Source: Selaginella moellendorffii (lineage: Eukaryota > Plantae > Lycopodiophyta). Taken from it: a stretch of 64,000 nucleotides of DNA. Under the pieces are notes generated by a model. The model saw only the letters and a list, made by a program, of their open reading frames with translations, did no database searches and had not been told where the DNA came from. Shown in pieces: positions 60,210 through 64,000 of this stretch. A program made the translations under genes and the position numbers. The stretch is taken from assembly GCF_000143415.4 (NCBI RefSeq), contig NW_003314317.1:310001-374000 (forward strand), in the 5' to 3' direction. Numbering within the stretch: the first letter of the stretch is position 1; each line of letters begins with the position of its first letter.

Positions 60210-62175
60210 TCAGTGAGGCAGGAGCCCTCTCTTGGTCCTCCCCCACCTCCTCCTGATCACCGAGAGGACGTAGAGGACGAAGAGGAAGAGCAGCGCAAAC
60301 AGCAGCCCGGCAAGGATTGGAAGAAGCAGCGGGGTTGCCGCCACAGCCGTCGCTTGCAAGTTGAGATCATTGGAGGAAGCCAGCTGAAGATACGCATTGC
60401 TGCTGCTGCCGCCACCTTCGCCTTCCAACAGCGAGTTCAGGAAGGCATCACTGCTGCTAATGCCTTCTCCTTCAAATAACTCGATGAAATCACTGGCACT
60501 GGCACTGCTGCTGCTCACCCCGACGTCATACACTAAACTCTGAGAGCTCGATATTGGAGTCTCTTCAGCTTCTTGAAACGTTTCGGTGTTGATCCTCTTG
60601 GCCTTCCCACCATCCTCGCCCAAGCTTCGAGGGAACCACCGCCACATAAAAGATGGTGGCGATGCTGGTGGTGGTGAAGCATTGCTGCTAGCCTCCTTAG
60701 TGTCACCAGTGCCGCCAGCCAGTAACTTCTGAGATGGAAATCCTGTCGCTGCATGGGACTTTAGCACCTGTTCAGTGTCCACCTTGTAGGATGACTCCTC
60801 GGCCATTGCTGCTGCAAGTTCTTCACTATTCTTGTATGGAAGCCTCCTGTGCAATCCCACACCATCACCTCGCAAGCTCCGCCAAAAGACTGAAGCTGGT
60901 GACGATGAAACATCAGCTTGCCTCAACAACTTTCGAGATCCTGCTGCTGCATGAGGCTTTAGCACCTGTTCAGTGTAGATCTTAGTACAAATACATATCT
61001 GATTCCTGTCAACAGAGACATACCTTGTGGGATGACTCCTCGGCCATTGCTGCCACAAGTTCTTGTCCTTCACTATTCTTGTCTGGAGGCCTCCTGTGCT
61101 TTCTCACGCTGCTGGTGCCATCGCCTCTCAACCTCTGCCAAAAGACTGAAGCTTGTTCTTCTCCATCTTGTTGTGCGCGCAGTGGAGCTATGAAGCGGAA
61201 CACAGAAGGTCCATTCTCGTTGGAGACGAAGATAGGAGGACCTGGCGCTGCTTCCAGAAGCATCCGTCGGGAACTGATAACTGGGAATCGATGCCACCCG
61301 AGGAAGTTTTTGAGTTCTTCCCATAATTCCTGGGACGTCACCTCGTCCTCCTCCAAGCCCGCGTTCAAAAGCCTACTCCACATTTCTTCTTTTATCGACT
61401 GAAGAGTGGTCGGTAGCTTCCAAGTCCACTCTCCAACTAGTTTCTTAAGTTCCTCCACCTCCAGATGCATTTCGGCTCTGGACGGTAGCTGCACGGACGG
61501 GAATGTCCAGGTCCGAAAGTAGCTCTGGATATCCTCCCAGCTCAGGTTGTCGTCGTCGTCGTCGATTGCAAGCGTCTTGCCACCGAGAGAAGTATACCAA
61601 ACTGAATCCACGACCGCCTCTAGCTGCAAGAGAAGGTTGGTGCGTTTCTAAGCAAACCATCTAAGCTCTCGACTTACCTCTTGCGAATCATGGTTGAAAT
61701 CCTCGAGTACAGGTAATGGTGGTGGATCATACTCGGGAACAGTTGACGCTGCCGCGTGACTACTGGCGATAACTGCCTCGAGCTGTGAGGGTGGTGCTGG
61801 CGAGGACGAATCCTCCAGCTCGATTGGAGTAACGGGCTGCAAGAGAAGATTAGCTTCATCTGGAGTTACCTCTTGCAAGTCATGCTCGTCATCCTCTTCG
61901 AGTACAGGTGCATCATACTCGGGAACTGGGTCACTGCTGGCGATCACTGCCTCGAGCTGCGCTGGGAAATCCTCCGCTTTCTTGTTCGCTGTTGCGGCAG
62001 GAGTCTGCCCACACGCGAAAAATGTCAAGGAACAAGAAAAAAATGACAGAAACGAGCGAGCTGTACACACCTCAAGGAGGAGGACCTTCAATCCTGTTGC
62101 CTGTATGCTTGCCTGCCTGCTTGCCTGTGCTGGAGCGCGTCGCAACCAGGAGAACGCCAACGCTAGAGCTTCCAT
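60210..62175 (-). CDS. Orphan C-terminally membrane-anchored acidic protein with internal repeats; apparently intact copy
   Basis: ORFs 61648-62184, 61009-61629 and 60210-61073 join at phase-0 GT-AG introns; TM segment plus basic tail at the C terminus. Confidence 0.7.
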
Positions 62176-62749
62176 CGCCGCCAATATAATAGGGCAGGGT
62201 TACTATGTAAAAAATCTATTTAGAAGATCGTGAGAGACGAGGAATATTATCGAAGGAATATATGTAAAGAGATTTGCTTGGATCTCAAGCAAGTCGCGAA
62301 TCTGAGGATCATCAGCGGCCTTTTTTCAACCAGCATCCCGCGTTTTGTACTGCTTCTGGAAGCGAACCACCCATCCTTCTGATTTATATCTAAGTTATGA
62401 AACCATTTCAACTCGCATCCTCTCAAACGTACCTCACCCTTTAAAAGACATTGCGCAGCGCAGATCGTTCAGCTGTGAGTCTTTGTATCCCCACTTACCC
62501 TGTATGACAAGTTAGATTAGATCAAGAATATCACTTTTGAAGTGGCTAGTGAGCATTGGAAACCCGTGTTGCGATTATTGTACACAGTAACTCCAGATAG
62601 CCTGCAATAAAGAGAAACACGAAATACTTGACTATAGAAACTTCACTGTGGTGTGGCTGGTGGAAAACCTAGAACAAGTTGCATCCTCTCAAATTCCTCT
62701 GCACGAGTGTACTTGGGAAATGGAGGGAGCTACGAAGATTCCTTGCCTT

Positions 62750-62860
62750 TCCATGCACGAGACCTTGGTAGACGTCGCCATTTGCATAGTAAAACGTATT
62801 GCTCTTGCCTTGGACCCAATTTCCGTCGTAGAAGATCGTCCATCGACCTTGAAAATGTAG
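62750..62860 (-). pseudogene. MORN-repeat fragment
   Basis: FYDGNWVQGK..YYANGDVYQG. Confidence 0.5.
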
Positions 62861-64000
62861 AATCACGACGAGAAGAGAAGAAGGTCGTTACTTCGTTCAT
62901 TTCCAGTTGTCCTCCTCCAGAACGTCCTTTATACGAACCACCTTGAAAGCACATCTCCACCGATGGAGGAGTTCGCCCGTTTTCCTGATGAAACTAATAA
63001 CAAATATATGTAAGAACAAACCAAATGGAAACTTACGCAGCTCGTTGCGACAGAGATTGCTCTGGCCTGTTGCGATTTCTGTCTTGGGTCAACTCGGAGG
63101 CCACCCCGTCGATTCCCATCCTTAGAACGCCGGGCAGTCACGGGGGTGCATTTCATCCTTTTGTCTCTCTTGCTCGCAACAATTGGTATTGGGACGTATA
63201 CACCAGAAACCAGATGGGAATCATGTTGAGGGCTACCTGCGATTCGATCTGAGCAGAACCGAATGATAGCAAATGAATGAAGTAGAGAAACGTATCCTAC
63301 CGTTTCTGTATCGAGAATTCAGTAGTTCCATCACCTATAAAAGACAATGGCAATTGTCAGAAACGGGAAGCAATGTCGTAACTTACAGTTATCAGTCTCT
63401 TGTTAGTAATGTCTCGTCAACCTCACATAACTTGCAAAAAAGCCGAGTCATCTTACCGAGAAGAAGTCATCAGCAGCTTTAAGAGTGGAAGAGCAAACAA
63501 GACCGAAACAGTAAAACTGACAGCTTATTAAGAAAGACTTACTTTCGCCAGCGTATGCTGAAGCCTCCTACCAAGCTTTCAAAACTTCATCACCGATATA
63601 TAAAAGACACTTCGCTTCTAATATTGTGGCTTTGACACTTGTAAATATTTGAGACTTAGAAAATTTTGCACCTCGGCCAGTGCGCACAGCCCTGAGTTTG
63701 GCACATACTGCGTCCAAGCCTTGACACAAAGAACAGAAAACACCCTTCAAATGGAAAATTACTCACACAAACATACCAACAAAATCTCAGTTCATGGATT
63801 TTCAATAAGTGGTCCTGCCATTTCGATTCCTGAGCAAAGAAATGTTCTGTAAAAGAGAAATACTTTGTTCCCAAAGGGAAAAAAAAAAAAGGAGAGATCT
63901 GGTTCTAAACTGTCACAACTCGCAAACTCCACAATGTCACCCGCGATGCTAGCTTGGGATTTTTCTCCTTCTCTTGTCTAGAACCAACCACTCTTCTCTC

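Larger units (their letters stand above)
59400..62727 (-). repeat. Inverted partial copy C of the mosaic unit (matches ~26655-29750 and the corresponding part of copy A)
   Basis: Reverse-complement match, e.g. tgtatgaccagacaaaactccggaaccaccagc at ~59959 versus ~29195-29227. Confidence 0.93.

Noticed and set aside
63000-64000. Short ORFs at the right edge
   Set aside because: No recognisable motifs or consistent exon chain, and truncated by the window

Overview
Eukaryotic, non-seed-plant genomic DNA. Introns of 50-60 nt, very tight gene spacing and PLS-class PPR genes point to a lycophyte such as Selaginella (inference). The window has three zones. (1) 1-29.8 kb: two direct copies (A 1-14027, B 20610-29573) of a ~9-kb mosaic unit built from decayed gene fragments (PPR-like, CABIN1, WD40) plus two orphan gene families. 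Copy A carries a full-length Ty1/copia element (LTRs, PBS, PPT, GTGAT TSD). A deeply decayed, AT-rich Ty3/gypsy remnant and an older CABIN1 fragment lie between the copies. (2) 29.9-58.9 kb: a dense block of mostly conserved genes: CYP703-like P450, phosphomevalonate kinase, tRNA-Thr(CGT), GH85 ENGase, an MLKL-like pseudokinase with Sel1-like repeats, a PLS-E PPR, a 1R-MYB, a Crinkler/RHS-like NTPase-nuclease relic, HsfB, MIA40, Josephin, two paralogous small membrane proteins, a secreted peptide, a candidate Ig-fold transcription factor, TSR2, NUP50 and NKAP. (3) 59.1-62.7 kb: an inverted partial third copy (C) of the mosaic unit, holding the apparently intact copy of an orphan membrane protein with repeated subtilase-like processing motifs. 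The strongest leads are the 4HB-pseudokinase-Sel1 (MLKL-like) architecture, the Crinkler-like relic, the putative Ig-fold transcription factor with its flanking orphan module, and the repeated orphan precursor family. All family calls come from motif recognition by eye, not database searches.
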